DNA of 64,000 nt, from contig NC_068994.1 of assembly GCF_001194135.2 (NCBI RefSeq), positions 40,580,901 through 40,644,900 on the forward strand, written 5' to 3'. The stretch is from Octopus bimaculoides (Eukaryota). Of the stretch, positions 53,320 through 64,000 are shown piece by piece. Numbering within the stretch: the stretch's first letter is position 1; each line of letters starts with the position of its first letter. The translations under genes were made by a program, and so were the position numbers. The notes under the pieces were generated by a model. It worked only from the letters and a program-made list of their open reading frames with translations. It did not search any database and was not told the origin of the DNA.

Positions 53320-54430
53320 CATCGATTGATCCTTCCATGTATCTTTCCATCTGTGTGCCTATCTATCTATCTATCTATCTATTTATCTATCTATCTATTT
53401 GTCTGTTTGTCTGCCAATTTATGTACCTCTTTATATGTATATATCTATGTGTGTGTGTGTGTATGTGTGCTTGCATTTCTTGTGTCACCCAGCCAAAATC
53501 AGGTTTAGCCATGAGAAAGATTACCTTGCTTGGAAACAAAACAGGGATGGCAATGGGAAGGATGGTATCCAGCCATAGAAAATCTGCCCTAACAAATTCT
53601 ATCTGACCCATGCAAAGAGGGAAAAGTGGATGACAAACTGATGATGATGTTAATGAAGTAGAGCTGAAGAGATGAAGTGGTTAACAAAAATGCAACACAC
53701 ACTAATAATTTAGATCTCAAGATAATGGCCCTCACAGGAAATGGTAGAAGATAAAGAAAAGCTTCAATGCAATCTACTGCAGACATTCACAACCTATGTT
53801 GGCACAACCAAAAGAAGATGAGGAGCTCTATGTAAGTGTTAACAGAGCTAGAAATGGTAGCCAAATCCCACTCAAATTGCACACTACTCTCTTGGAAAAG
53901 GAAGGAGACATGTATACACTATACTTTAAGGTGGAGATGATCATGGCTTTAGCATCTTTGACTGGGGTTGGTCTGGGGTTAATAACAACAACAACAACAA
54001 CAGCAACATGACACATGGGGTACCTTTATGTGGGCATATGACATGCTAGAAATAACAACTAAATCTCCTTCAAAGCTTAAACTTACCATTTCTTATGAAG
54101 AGACATTACAAAGAACCAACTTACAAAAAGACCACAAAATGTGGTCTTGATTCCCTGCACACATAAAACAAGATTGGAGTGTCATAGCTAGAATTTACTC
54201 AAAGATGTGTTTGAATATGGCTGACCTGGTGCAAAAACAACAGCATTTGTCAGCATGGAAATGAAAATTATTCAACTGACAATGACAATGAGGATGATGA
54301 TGATGATGTTGGTGAAGAATATAATGAGACTAATGAACCCTGAAGTGATAGCAAGCCAACTGAAAGCAGCACCACTTACTTGCCCCCAGAGTATACTTAC
54401 AGTTATATATATATGTATATATTATATATA

Positions 54431-54700
54431 CTGGCTCTCGTGCAGGTGGCACGTAAAAAAACATCTTTTTGAGCGTGGTTGTTGCCAGTACTGTGTGACT
54501 GGCCCTCGTGCTGGTGGCATGTAAAAGCACCCACTACACTCTCAGAGTGGTTGGCATTAGGAAGGGCATCCAGCTGTAGAAACTCTGCCAGATCAGATTG
54601 GAGCCTGGTGCATCCTTCTGGCTTGCCAGTCCTCAGTCAAATTGTCCAACCCATGCTAGCATGGAAAGCGGACATTAAACGATGATGATGATGATTATGA
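54431..54700 (+). mobile_element. More diverged 3'UTR fragment of the same RTE family
   Basis: Shares AAAAGCACCCACTACACTCTC...GGAAGGGCATCCAGCTGTAGAAACTCTGCC...CATGCTAGCATGGAAAGCGGAC and the (GAT)n tail. Confidence 0.85.
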
Positions 54701-55225
54701 TATACATATATACACACACACACATATATATATACATATATAGAGAGAGAAAGAGAGAGAGAAAGGGAGAGAGAAAGAGAGAGATAGAAAGAGAGAGAGA
54801 GAAAGAGAGAGAGATAGGAAGAGAGATGATGAAGGAATAAATGATTTATCTTATGAACTTCATTAGCTTACAGCTGTTTCTGCTGCAAGATGCAGTGGAT
54901 TCATAGTTGAGTGCCTCAATTTCACCTTATAACTTCAGTGGAGCCTTGAATATGAAGTGCAATATATTTGGTAAAAAAAAAAATATATTTCTGTGTTTAT
55001 CGTACTTATATTTACATTGAACTCAAAAGTGTCTTGTAATTAAAGAACTGAAATTACAGCCACAGTGAGGAAATGAAATTGCTGAAGGTTTTAATTCTAC
55101 TCAGAAAAGTAGGGGTGATAACTCCAAAATTAAGATTAATTAAAATTAAATGTGGGCATGCAATAGGGAATGAATCTGATCTTAAATATGTTTACATCTT
55201 AAGCATGTTGCTTTGCTAATCAAGT

Positions 55226-55451
55226 TTAACTATTTAGCATTCAGATTACTCTATCAAATGTGATACCCACATATTCATATTATTTTGAATTAAGTATGCA
55301 TTATCATGTAGCTTCAAGAATTCGAAGAATATTGTTTACCTTTAGAATTGCATTGTAGAGTAGGTGTGAGATACCAGATCTGGCCAGTTTGAATATTAAA
55401 CAGGTAGACCATTTGGGCCTGATATAGCTGATTAAAATGCTTAAGTGTTAA
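55226..55451. mobile_element. TTAA-flanked (piggyBac-type) MITE
   Basis: TTAACTATTTAGCATT ... AATGCTTAAGTGTTAA (13/16 inverted match); homologous to 16923-17140. Confidence 0.65.
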
Positions 55452-56098
55452 TATTTAAGCTGTCAGCTGTTATGCCATAAATTGAATTTAAACTAAAGAC
55501 AATTGTTACCATTGTTCAACATCAAGTCAATCTTGATTAACTGAACTTATGATCAAGCCATTCATGCTATGATTAATCTGTTTTTGTACATTGCTTAATA
55601 TGTCCTTCCTTTTTTAAGATAGGAGAGTGTGATTTAAAAAAAGAATATTGGTTGCTATTTCTTGCAGGTCAAAAAAATGTTGAGACATTCTCTTGTTGGC
55701 TCATGTAAAAGGAGAATATTTGAACAAGGTTCACATTTATTTTAAATTGTGCTACTGATATATATGATCCAATTCTATTTTCTTTTTTGTGTGTGTGTGT
55801 GTGCAGGGAAGTGTGAATACATATAGCTAACAAGTTACACTCTACGAGTGATTCAAACAGTGGCATGTTGATTCATTTCAAATTCTGCTTAAAACTTGTA
55901 AGTTTAAATAAAGAAAATTAGATAAAAATAGAATATTTGTACATAAATATTGGATAAAGTTTAAAATAACCAAATGACATGTGTCTGGCTGACCAGATGG
56001 AAGACGAAATTTTTTCAACAAACTAATGTATATTGAGAGCCAAAAACTTTAATTGAATATTACTGCATGAACAAGCTACACACACACACACATACATG

Positions 56099-56149
<51 letters not shown>

Positions 56150-56379
56150 NNNNNNNNNNNNNNNNNNNNNNNNNNNNNNNNNNNNNNNNNNNNNNNNNNN
56201 NNNNNNNNNNNNNNNNNNNNNNNNNNNNNNNNNNNNNNNNNNNNNNNNNNNNNNNNNNNNNNNNNNNNNNNNNNNNNNNNNNNNNNNNNNNNNNNNNNNN
56301 NNNNNNNNNNNNNNNNNNNNNNNNNNNNNNNNNNNNNNNNNNNNNNNNNNNNNNNNNNNNNNNNNNNNNNNNNNNNNNN

Positions 56380-56420
<41 letters not shown>

Positions 56421-56439
56421 GTGTGTATGTGTGTCAGTG

Positions 56440-56642
56440 TGTGCTTGTGTGTGTTTGTCCCCATAACATTGCTTGACAACCAACGCTGGTGTGTTTATAT
56501 CCCCATAACATAGTGGTTTGGCAAAAGAGACTATTAGAATAAGTACTAGGCTTACAAAGAATAAGTCCTGGGGTCGATTTGATCAACTAAAGGCAGTGCT
56601 CCAGCATGGACACAGCCAAATGACTGAAACAAATAAAAGAAT
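56440..56642 (+). mobile_element. SINE family B, 3' half emerging from microsatellite and gap
   Basis: GCTTGACAACC...GGCAAAAGAGAC...GTCCTGGGGTCGATTTG...GACTGAAACAAATAAAAGA. Confidence 0.8.
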
Positions 56643-57729
56643 ATGTATACATATATATAAATATATACTTCCATAAGCATACACACACACATACACTCTT
56701 GCACAACACACACACATACACGCTCACACACATGCATTAGTTCACCATGTACTACACAGGCATTGAGCATTTACATTGTGTGTGTGCATGTGCATGTTTA
56801 CATATTCCAAAATCTCTGTACAATTATAGGTATATATATGTATATATATGTATATGTTTATATATATATATATATATATATTTATTTATATATACATATG
56901 AATTTATCTCAATGTGTTTATTACATTACATTATGTTAGTATCCCTTCAGCAATAAATTGTTACACGCAGAACAAATGCGTTCACACATTTACACAAGGT
57001 ATGCGTTAATAGCAGTTTGATCAACTGAGAGTGATCAATTTACCAGAGAATGGCACAACTGATTATTTGAGGAATGTGAAAAGAACAATATCACACACCT
57101 GATATTGATATACAACATTAACAGATATTATTAATGTATACAACATCAATAGACATGATGGAGATGAAGAATCATTGAAAATGGGGTGTATGTGATTTTC
57201 CAACAGAAGAGAAACAGAGATTAATGTTCCAGAAGTATGTGAAAGAGATTAGCAGCTTGGAATTATTTAGTTTTATTTATTTGCCATGGGAAAAGCAATC
57301 ATAAAGTAGGGAATATGTGATATACCCAGCATAGAGATATGGGAAGCAAAATAAAGGTGTAATTATTGTTGTTAGTCACTGAGGAAAACGTGTTTTATAT
57401 TTCTCTCAAATACTCTTGTTATAAATATGCATACATCTCAATTAGCAACTGCAAATGATTGTGCCAGTTGTAGTTCAGCTCAATTGATTCCTTACTACCT
57501 TATTTAGAATGGTATTTAACGATTAGTTACAGCTGGCTGAGTTGGAAGTTTGTAGGATGACAGCTTACCAAGCAAAAGATTGATGCTTCACATCTCCCAT
57601 CATTTGCATTGCACTGTCCTTGACAAAGGCACTTTACCATGAATAACCCCAGTAGGGTTAATTGCTGTAAATTTAGTACCAGAAAGCAAAATTGTTCATG
57701 ATTGTAACTGAGGGTTGCATTAGACACGT

Positions 57730-58501
57730 CAGGCATGGGCAACCTCATTTTTTTTATAGCAATGGGCCTTATGAGATATTGACAATCATAAATCAGCCCA
57801 CACTCTAGAATAATAATGCAACAAACATTATATATAGTACTTATAACACCATACATTATGCATAATTTAACAAACACTTTATTAAGTACATATAACACTG
57901 TATATTATATGCAATTTAATGAACACTGTATATAGTACATATAAAACAATATATCATACCCTACACTGTATGATAAACATTGCATATTATACATGTAGTA
58001 CCATATATATTATACACAATTTGATGAACACTGTATATTGTACATATAACACTATATGCACAAATAAATCAAACACGATAGAAAAAGCACGACTGAATAA
58101 GAGAAAAAGAAATGGAATTATTTAACATTTTTGTTGCTCATATTTGTTGAAATACAGTTTTTGTTTCAATTGATTTTGAAAATTATAAATAATTTAGTAA
58201 AATAGCATTGGCATTTTTAAGCTGAGTCTGGAACATAAATTATCATGAAATTTTGGTGAAAGGTTTGAATTTAGATAATTTTTAAAGGGGAAATTGTTTC
58301 AGCAAAACCAGGGATAGAAGATTGGTAACAAATGGGTTGAATTAGTGGAGTTGAATCTTAAAAGTTAGACTTACATAATAAAAGCATTATTCAAAAATAT
58401 ATACAAAAATATATCAATGGTTATGTGTGGTCCTAGATATCTTTTTTATAGTACATATCTGTGACCCAGGGCCACAGACTGCCACAGATTTCCCATACTT
58501 G
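57730..58501. mobile_element. Possible old hAT-type non-autonomous element containing a degenerate minisatellite
   Basis: CAGGCATGGGCAAC at the left end versus ATTTCCCATACTTG at the right (10/14 inverted match); putative 8-bp TSD matches only 5/8. Confidence 0.35.
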
Positions 58502-59725
58502 ATAGAGGTAATGATTATTTTGCTTACAGTACTGAGCCTCAAATATGCACTATACCTATACTGTCTATCGAATACTTGAATGTCTACAAACAAGAGGCAC
58601 ACAAACTGGAATTGATGGTGTTTTAAAATGAAGAAAACCAACAACTTCCAGAGAAGACTTGCTTAATATTGAAAGGCCATTATCTTTGGAATGCTCCTCT
58701 AATATGTAGAAAAATCATGGCATTAAAAACGAAAACAATAATAGACTTATTTATTAGCCCTTAAAATTTTTTATTAAGATATAAGGAATGCTTATAAGGA
58801 ATTTCTGCAAATTTAGTAAAAACATGGTAAGTTCAAAATGCCTTTTTCAAACTTTCTAGTGATAATTTGAGTAAAATAAAACTTGCAAAAATGTAGAGTT
58901 TACTTAAAGCAATGAGTCAACCTATTGCTTAGTTGAGACAGATTAAGTTCTGAGTGTAAGCCAACTAAACATTATTTCAGTTAAGAACTGACATCTTTTC
59001 CTACATTTTTATAAATGAATTTAGTTGTCAGGGCCAGTATTGATAATATTCCTTAAAATTTCTTAAAATTTTCTGAGAATCAATCCTCATTATATTTTGA
59101 AGGTTAGTTGCAAATGAATATGATCGGAAATGAGTAACTTGCTTTTGCTAATTTTTAGGTGTCTGTGTAGTCATGAGCATACATAGATATCTTTCTTCTT
59201 GGTTCCCTCACCTTTAACCTAGCATCATATCAATGAAGAGACAAGTGGAGTGGAGGGAAAAAAGACTGTATCAGCAATCAGGTGGTATCCATTTAGAGCT
59301 GAATAGATTTTGAACAATGATGAATGTAGTGTTTTGCTTGAAAACACAGTAAGCTGTCCAGTCCAGTAATTGGACCCACAAACTTTGGATCATGAAATGA
59401 ACACCCTAACCACTTGGTCACAGGCCTTCAAAGCTATTTTGGATACACATTTGATTAAAGATGCAAAACATATTTGTCTTTAAGGAACAATTTAATAGTT
59501 AAAGTGAGCTACAAATTCATGGCTCGATGTTCAGACATCTAAGACTTTCACTCAAGTGTTTCACTTTAAATATCAACAAGCTTTTACATACACACACACA
59601 TACACACACACATCACACATACACAGTTACATGCATCTGTGTGTGCATGCATCTATGTATCTGTATATATGTATGTGTGTGACTGTGTATATATGTATAT
59701 ATATATCTATATATATGTATGTGTG

Positions 59726-59766
<41 letters not shown>

Positions 59767-61119
59767 ATATATATATATATATAATTATTCGTTTATATTT
59801 ATATAAAGGGCATTATTACAGAAAAATAATAACGCCACACAGTGGACTTCTCAAAACAACCACATTTAGTACCTATGCGAGGAAAAAACAACCAACAGAA
59901 GATGACCAACTTTCTTTTAAAATAGACTAAATTGTGTATCGACCAAATTCGCGATTACTAGAATGAATCTAGATTTCGTTCATCAGCACAATATTGTCCC
60001 AAAAATATATATAAACAAACAGAATTCTCACCTCACTAAAACCNNNNNNNNNNGTCAAAACAGCAAGTGCATTGTTTAAATTATTTAAGTAAAAAAAGCC
60101 TGCTTTGAGTTTTAGACTTGTACTTGTCATTTAGACAAATTCTCACCTCACTTTCCTTTTGCATTGACTGTAGAATTAGCCAGAGAAATTTTCTGCTCCT
60201 CTTCTTTGTGATTCTTCAACCAATTTTTCCTTTTTTTATTTTTATCTTTATTGATTTATTTATTTATTTTTGTGTTTCTTTCTTATTCTTGTTATCATGC
60301 ATCTTATAGTATATATATATGTGTATTTTGTGTATTGTTTTTTTTATTCATCTCATCTACTATTCTTTCTGCTTTCTATATAACCTTATAGATCAGATGA
60401 CCTAATTTATGTTGCTAGCTCTTGGCTCTACACACAAACTAATTTCCCAGTTTTAATTTGCCTTTTGAAATAGTATTCTTTGGAAAACAAATATACAACA
60501 AAATACATTGGAATCATTTCCTTTCTGCACATCAAGCAGGTTGACTTTTGACTCTGGCTGTTATTTTCCTGTCTTCCAAAATGCAATTACTATCTTAGAA
60601 CATCCTCAAATAGCTTTCTATTTTTATTTGTTTATTTATCTACTTATTTAATTTTTTTTCTCATGCCTATTCATTTTCCCCAAGTTCTTTGCTGAAGGAA
60701 TACAAAAACTTCTCATCAATCATTACGACATAGAATTTTCTAATTTCCTTTAATAAGTTTCCTCATACTCAGAATGTGTCGTGTGTGTGTATGTGTAAAT
60801 AACATTAAAAAAAGTAAATATATAAATAAATAAAAATTGAAAGTAAAGAATAAAATGGAGAAAAACATGAAAAAGAAAAATATTCCTAAAAACAACATAT
60901 AAAATAGATTCATGCAAATACAGAACATGTTCGACTTCTCTTTCAGTGTTTGCATAATGTCAAATGTCATCCAGTTGAATTTTCAAGGAATGAGACAGAA
61001 ATTAAGATTATACTGGAGAGAAAAAAATGGTATATGGTAATCAGTTGATATACAAAGTAGCAGAGAAAAGGTGGAAAACAACCCTCCCCACCAAAAAATA
61101 ACAAACAACAACAAAAAAA

Positions 61120-61128
61120 CCATACCTG
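61120..61128 (-). other. 5' splice donor ending the Pcdh large exon
   Basis: CAG|GTATGG at a codon boundary, followed by T-rich intron-like sequence. Confidence 0.75.
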
Positions 61129-63531
61129 GTGTGTTGCTTCTGTGGTTGCTTGTTGGGGAATTCTTGCTGTTGAACTTTTCCTCTCACGATTTGATTCATA
61201 TCTGTAATGTGGTCCACCAGTTGGAATTAAAGATAAAGAATTGGTACTTTTGCAGGTTTGAGTTTTGGTCACTGGAACATCATATTGAGAAGACAATTGT
61301 TCACTGAGAAACTCAGAGTCCTCATTTTTACCAGATATTTTCATATTGAAGTCAACTGCATCAGTGTATGTAGAATTTCTTTGATTATTTCTCCGGATGA
61401 TGCATATTGTTATGGAGACTACGAGTACAACAGACACAGTTACAGCTGCCACAATAATGATAATGAATAGATTGATATGTATTTTGTCATCTGATTTAAC
61501 ATTAACAGCAGTATACATAGTTGATGTTTTATTGCTAACAGTCAAAGTTAAAGATAAGGTTGTGGTGGCTGATAAAACAGGAGTACCACTGTCTTTAACT
61601 ATAAATTTGAGATTATATGTCCCAGCATCATTTTGGTAAACTGGCCGAGAGAAGGACAAAACACCTGTGTAGGAGTTTATCATAAACAACTGACGATTAT
61701 TCCCTTGATGTATTTCATACTTTAGAAAGGCATTCTGCCTGCTGTCTCTGTCAGAGGCCCTTAACACTGTAATATCATTTTCACTCTGTGGATGATAATG
61801 GACATCTAAACTAAAAGGGTTTACATTTGGGAAAGTAAAATAAGGAGCGTTATCATTCTCATCCATGACTTCGACATTTATTTTTGCTGTGTTACTAAGG
61901 GATGGTACTCCATTGTCCTTGACCAAAACATGGAATGAATAAAGACTTTGCTGCTCATGATCAAGTGACTGAGTTGTGGTGATAAATCCAAAATCAGAAA
62001 TTTTGAAAGGAAGGTTATATTTGCTATCGTTTAGAAGAGTATATGTCAACTGACCTCCAGGTCCTAGGTCTGAGTCTGTGACATTTATCAAACCTATAGG
62101 AAAGTTTGGTTTCTCATTTTCATAAGTAAGAAATTTGAATGTATCTTTTGTAAATTGTGGTCGCACATCGTTGACGTCCATCACTTTGATAGTAAATCTC
62201 TTTTGTGTTCGAAGACGAGGAGACCCTTTGTCTTCACAAGAAATAATAAAGTCCATGTGGTTTTGAGTTTCTCTGTCAACTGGATTTTTCACAATAACTT
62301 TGTATTTCTTCTTGCTAAGACTCTGCAATTGTAGTTTATCATGTCGAAGATCACAAGTTACTTGTCCATTTAGACCAATATCATTGTCAACAACTTTTAC
62401 ATAGGCAATGAAACTCCCAACTTCCATTCCCTCAGAAATCGAGGCAGTTTTTCCAGTTGATTCTGAGAACTTTACATCAACTTTTGGTGGGTTGTTTTCT
62501 TGATTGATAACATTCACAAAGACAGTAGTTATTGAACTCATGGGAGGACTGCCTCCATCACGAGCTTCAATGAATAATTTGTAAGTTTTTTTTTCCTCTG
62601 GTTTAAATTTTTCATTAAGAAATATTTCTCCAGTAAGTCGATTTAACTGAAAGAAAGATTTTGCTATGTTGGACGTTTTTGAGCTAAAATGATATGTTAT
62701 TTTACCATTTCTACCGGAATCGAAATCTTTTGCAGATAAAGTAAGAACTAATACATTTTTCCGGTGCCCATTATTTATTGTAATATTGTAGACTTTCTGT
62801 GAAAAAACAGGCCTGTTATCATTGACATCTGTAACAAAGATCTGAACACTCAGATTTCCATTCCTCCATCTAGAACCACCATTTTTGGCAATAACTTGAA
62901 ATAAGTATTTATCCTTTATTTCTCTATCCAATTTATTTTCTAAAGTTATCATAAGATTTGAAGAGCCATCTACTCTTTTGGAAACTACTAAACTAAATGG
63001 ATCATCCGAGTGTTTTATCAGCTCATAAATTATCTGAGAATTTTTCACACTAACATCTCTGTCAATAGCATTTGGGATTGATCTTGTGGTTCCTTTACCA
63101 TCAGTTTCATAAAACTGAAGACTAATTTCTTTGTCTTCAAATTCAGGTTGATTGTCATTGATATCCTCGATAACTACTTTAATTTCGAGGATTCTAACAA
63201 AAGACTTCCCTTTACGTACAGCAATGTCTACAGTTTCAAAACACTCTGTATTATATTTACATAGTGACTCTGCATCCAATGTTTTAGCTGTGTAAAGCTT
63301 TCCATCACTTGTAACATTAAATAGTTGTGAATTATTATTGGTCTCTTGTTGCAGTTGACTATATCTGACGAGATATTGTTCACTTGAGGGAACAGAATCT
63401 ATCATATGAGTATCAACACCAATATTTCCAAGGTAAGTATTTGGTGTTTTATTTTCTTTAACATAATATATAAAATCGACACCATAACAGATGTGCAGCA
63501 GAAGTAAAAACTCAAATACTTTGACAAACAT
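61126..63531 (-). CDS. Pcdh: Protocadherin, large coding exon (802 codons): signal peptide, EC1-EC6, TM, partial cytoplasmic domain; CDS probably continues in an unidentified downstream exon
   Basis: First in-frame ATG at 63531 (AAAATG; in-frame TAA upstream at 63549-63547). Signal peptide MFVKVFEFLLLLHICYG. Six cadherin repeats with linkers DINDNQP, DVNDNRP, INQENNPP, DVNDVRP, DENDNAP and DxD / LDRE-type motifs. Cys-X5-Cys (CKYNTEC) in EC1. TM LFIIIIVAAVTVSVVLVVSITICII at about 61470-61396. Phase-0 donor CAG|GTATGG after 61126; read-through beyond it is low-complexity. Orthologue-level name not assignable. Confidence 0.95.
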
Positions 63532-63610
63532 TTTTGGCAACAAATATTAACTTGAACGTCACAAAATGTCTTGGCTTTGAAGTGAATTCTTGAAGAAAGA
63601 TCAGCTAAGT

Positions 63611-63635
63611 CTGAAAACAACAACAACAACAATAA
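63611..63635 (-). other. Putative 3' splice acceptor upstream of the Pcdh coding exon (exon would start at 63610, 79-nt 5'UTR portion)
   Basis: Minus strand TTGTTGTTGTTGTTTTCAG|ACTTAG. No ATG between 63610 and 63532. Upstream lies (TTA)n/(TTG)n microsatellite. Confidence 0.6.
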
Positions 63636-63649
63636 TGATAATAATGCTG

Positions 63650-63698
<49 letters not shown>

Positions 63699-63719
63699 TA
63701 ATAATAATAATAGTAATGC

Positions 63720-63767
<48 letters not shown>

Positions 63768-63805
63768 TGATGATACATGATGATGACGACGACGATGATG
63801 ATGCT
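63615..63805. repeat. (AAC)n(AAT)n(GAT)n microsatellite immediately upstream of the Pcdh acceptor
   Basis: Direct inspection. Confidence 0.95.
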
Positions 63806-63938
63806 AAAAAAGGGTTTAGGAGCTATGATGGAGATGATCAATCTAACCTGGAGAAATTTTAAAGATTTCACTTCACCACCACCACCACCACCACCACCAC
63901 CACAACTATCACCGCTCCCACCCATTCACCCAAACTGC

Positions 63939-63981
<43 letters not shown>

Positions 63982-64000
63982 ATATATACATTATATATAT

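Noticed and set aside
3597-56513. Long ORFs containing X runs and YIYI/THTH/ERER/VCVC peptides
   Set aside because: Artefacts of N gaps and dinucleotide or tetranucleotide repeats.
60023-60152. ATTCTCACCTCACT twice (minus-strand GAG|GTGAGA donor-like), with a possible 21-nt micro-exon
   Set aside because: The copies straddle a 10-N gap and the micro-exon has no independent support.
60967-61125. C-terminal 53 residues of the 858-aa ORF (VWFFCCCLLFF...)
   Set aside because: Begins exactly at a GTATGG donor and is T-rich low-complexity; most likely intron read-through.
63532-63543. TTG start given by the ORF track
   Set aside because: The eukaryotic ATG four codons later starts a proper signal peptide.
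1-64000. CRISPR arrays, rRNA, true tRNA genes, operons
   Set aside because: None seen; the sequence is eukaryotic and the repeats lack repeat-spacer structure.

Overview
AT-rich, microsatellite-dense eukaryotic DNA from a draft assembly with about 4 kb of N gaps. The protocadherin type and SINE content point to a coleoid cephalopod, most likely Octopus (inference). The only secure gene is a minus-strand protocadherin. One 2.4-kb exon (ATG 63531, GT donor after 61126) encodes the signal peptide, six cadherin repeats, the TM helix and the start of the cytoplasmic tail, and it has a splice acceptor upstream as well as the donor downstream. The other 61 kb look intronic or intergenic: tRNA-derived SINEs, fragments of two RTE lineages, CR1-like relics, mariner/pogo/piggyBac-type MITEs and simple repeats. 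Nearly all other track ORFs are microsatellite translations. Best leads: (1) a 244-bp tandem pair at 9860-10330 whose units each carry a CpG-decayed minimal type I hammerhead ribozyme (Penelope/retrozyme-like relic); (2) a ~99% identical 207-bp inverted duplication of one SINE copy at 41602-42077, a potential ADAR substrate; (3) the cassette-like Pcdh exon with no identifiable downstream exon; (4) Asn codons at canonical Ca2+-binding Asp positions, one A-to-I edit from Asp. All alignments were done by eye, and no family name or novelty claim was checked against a database.
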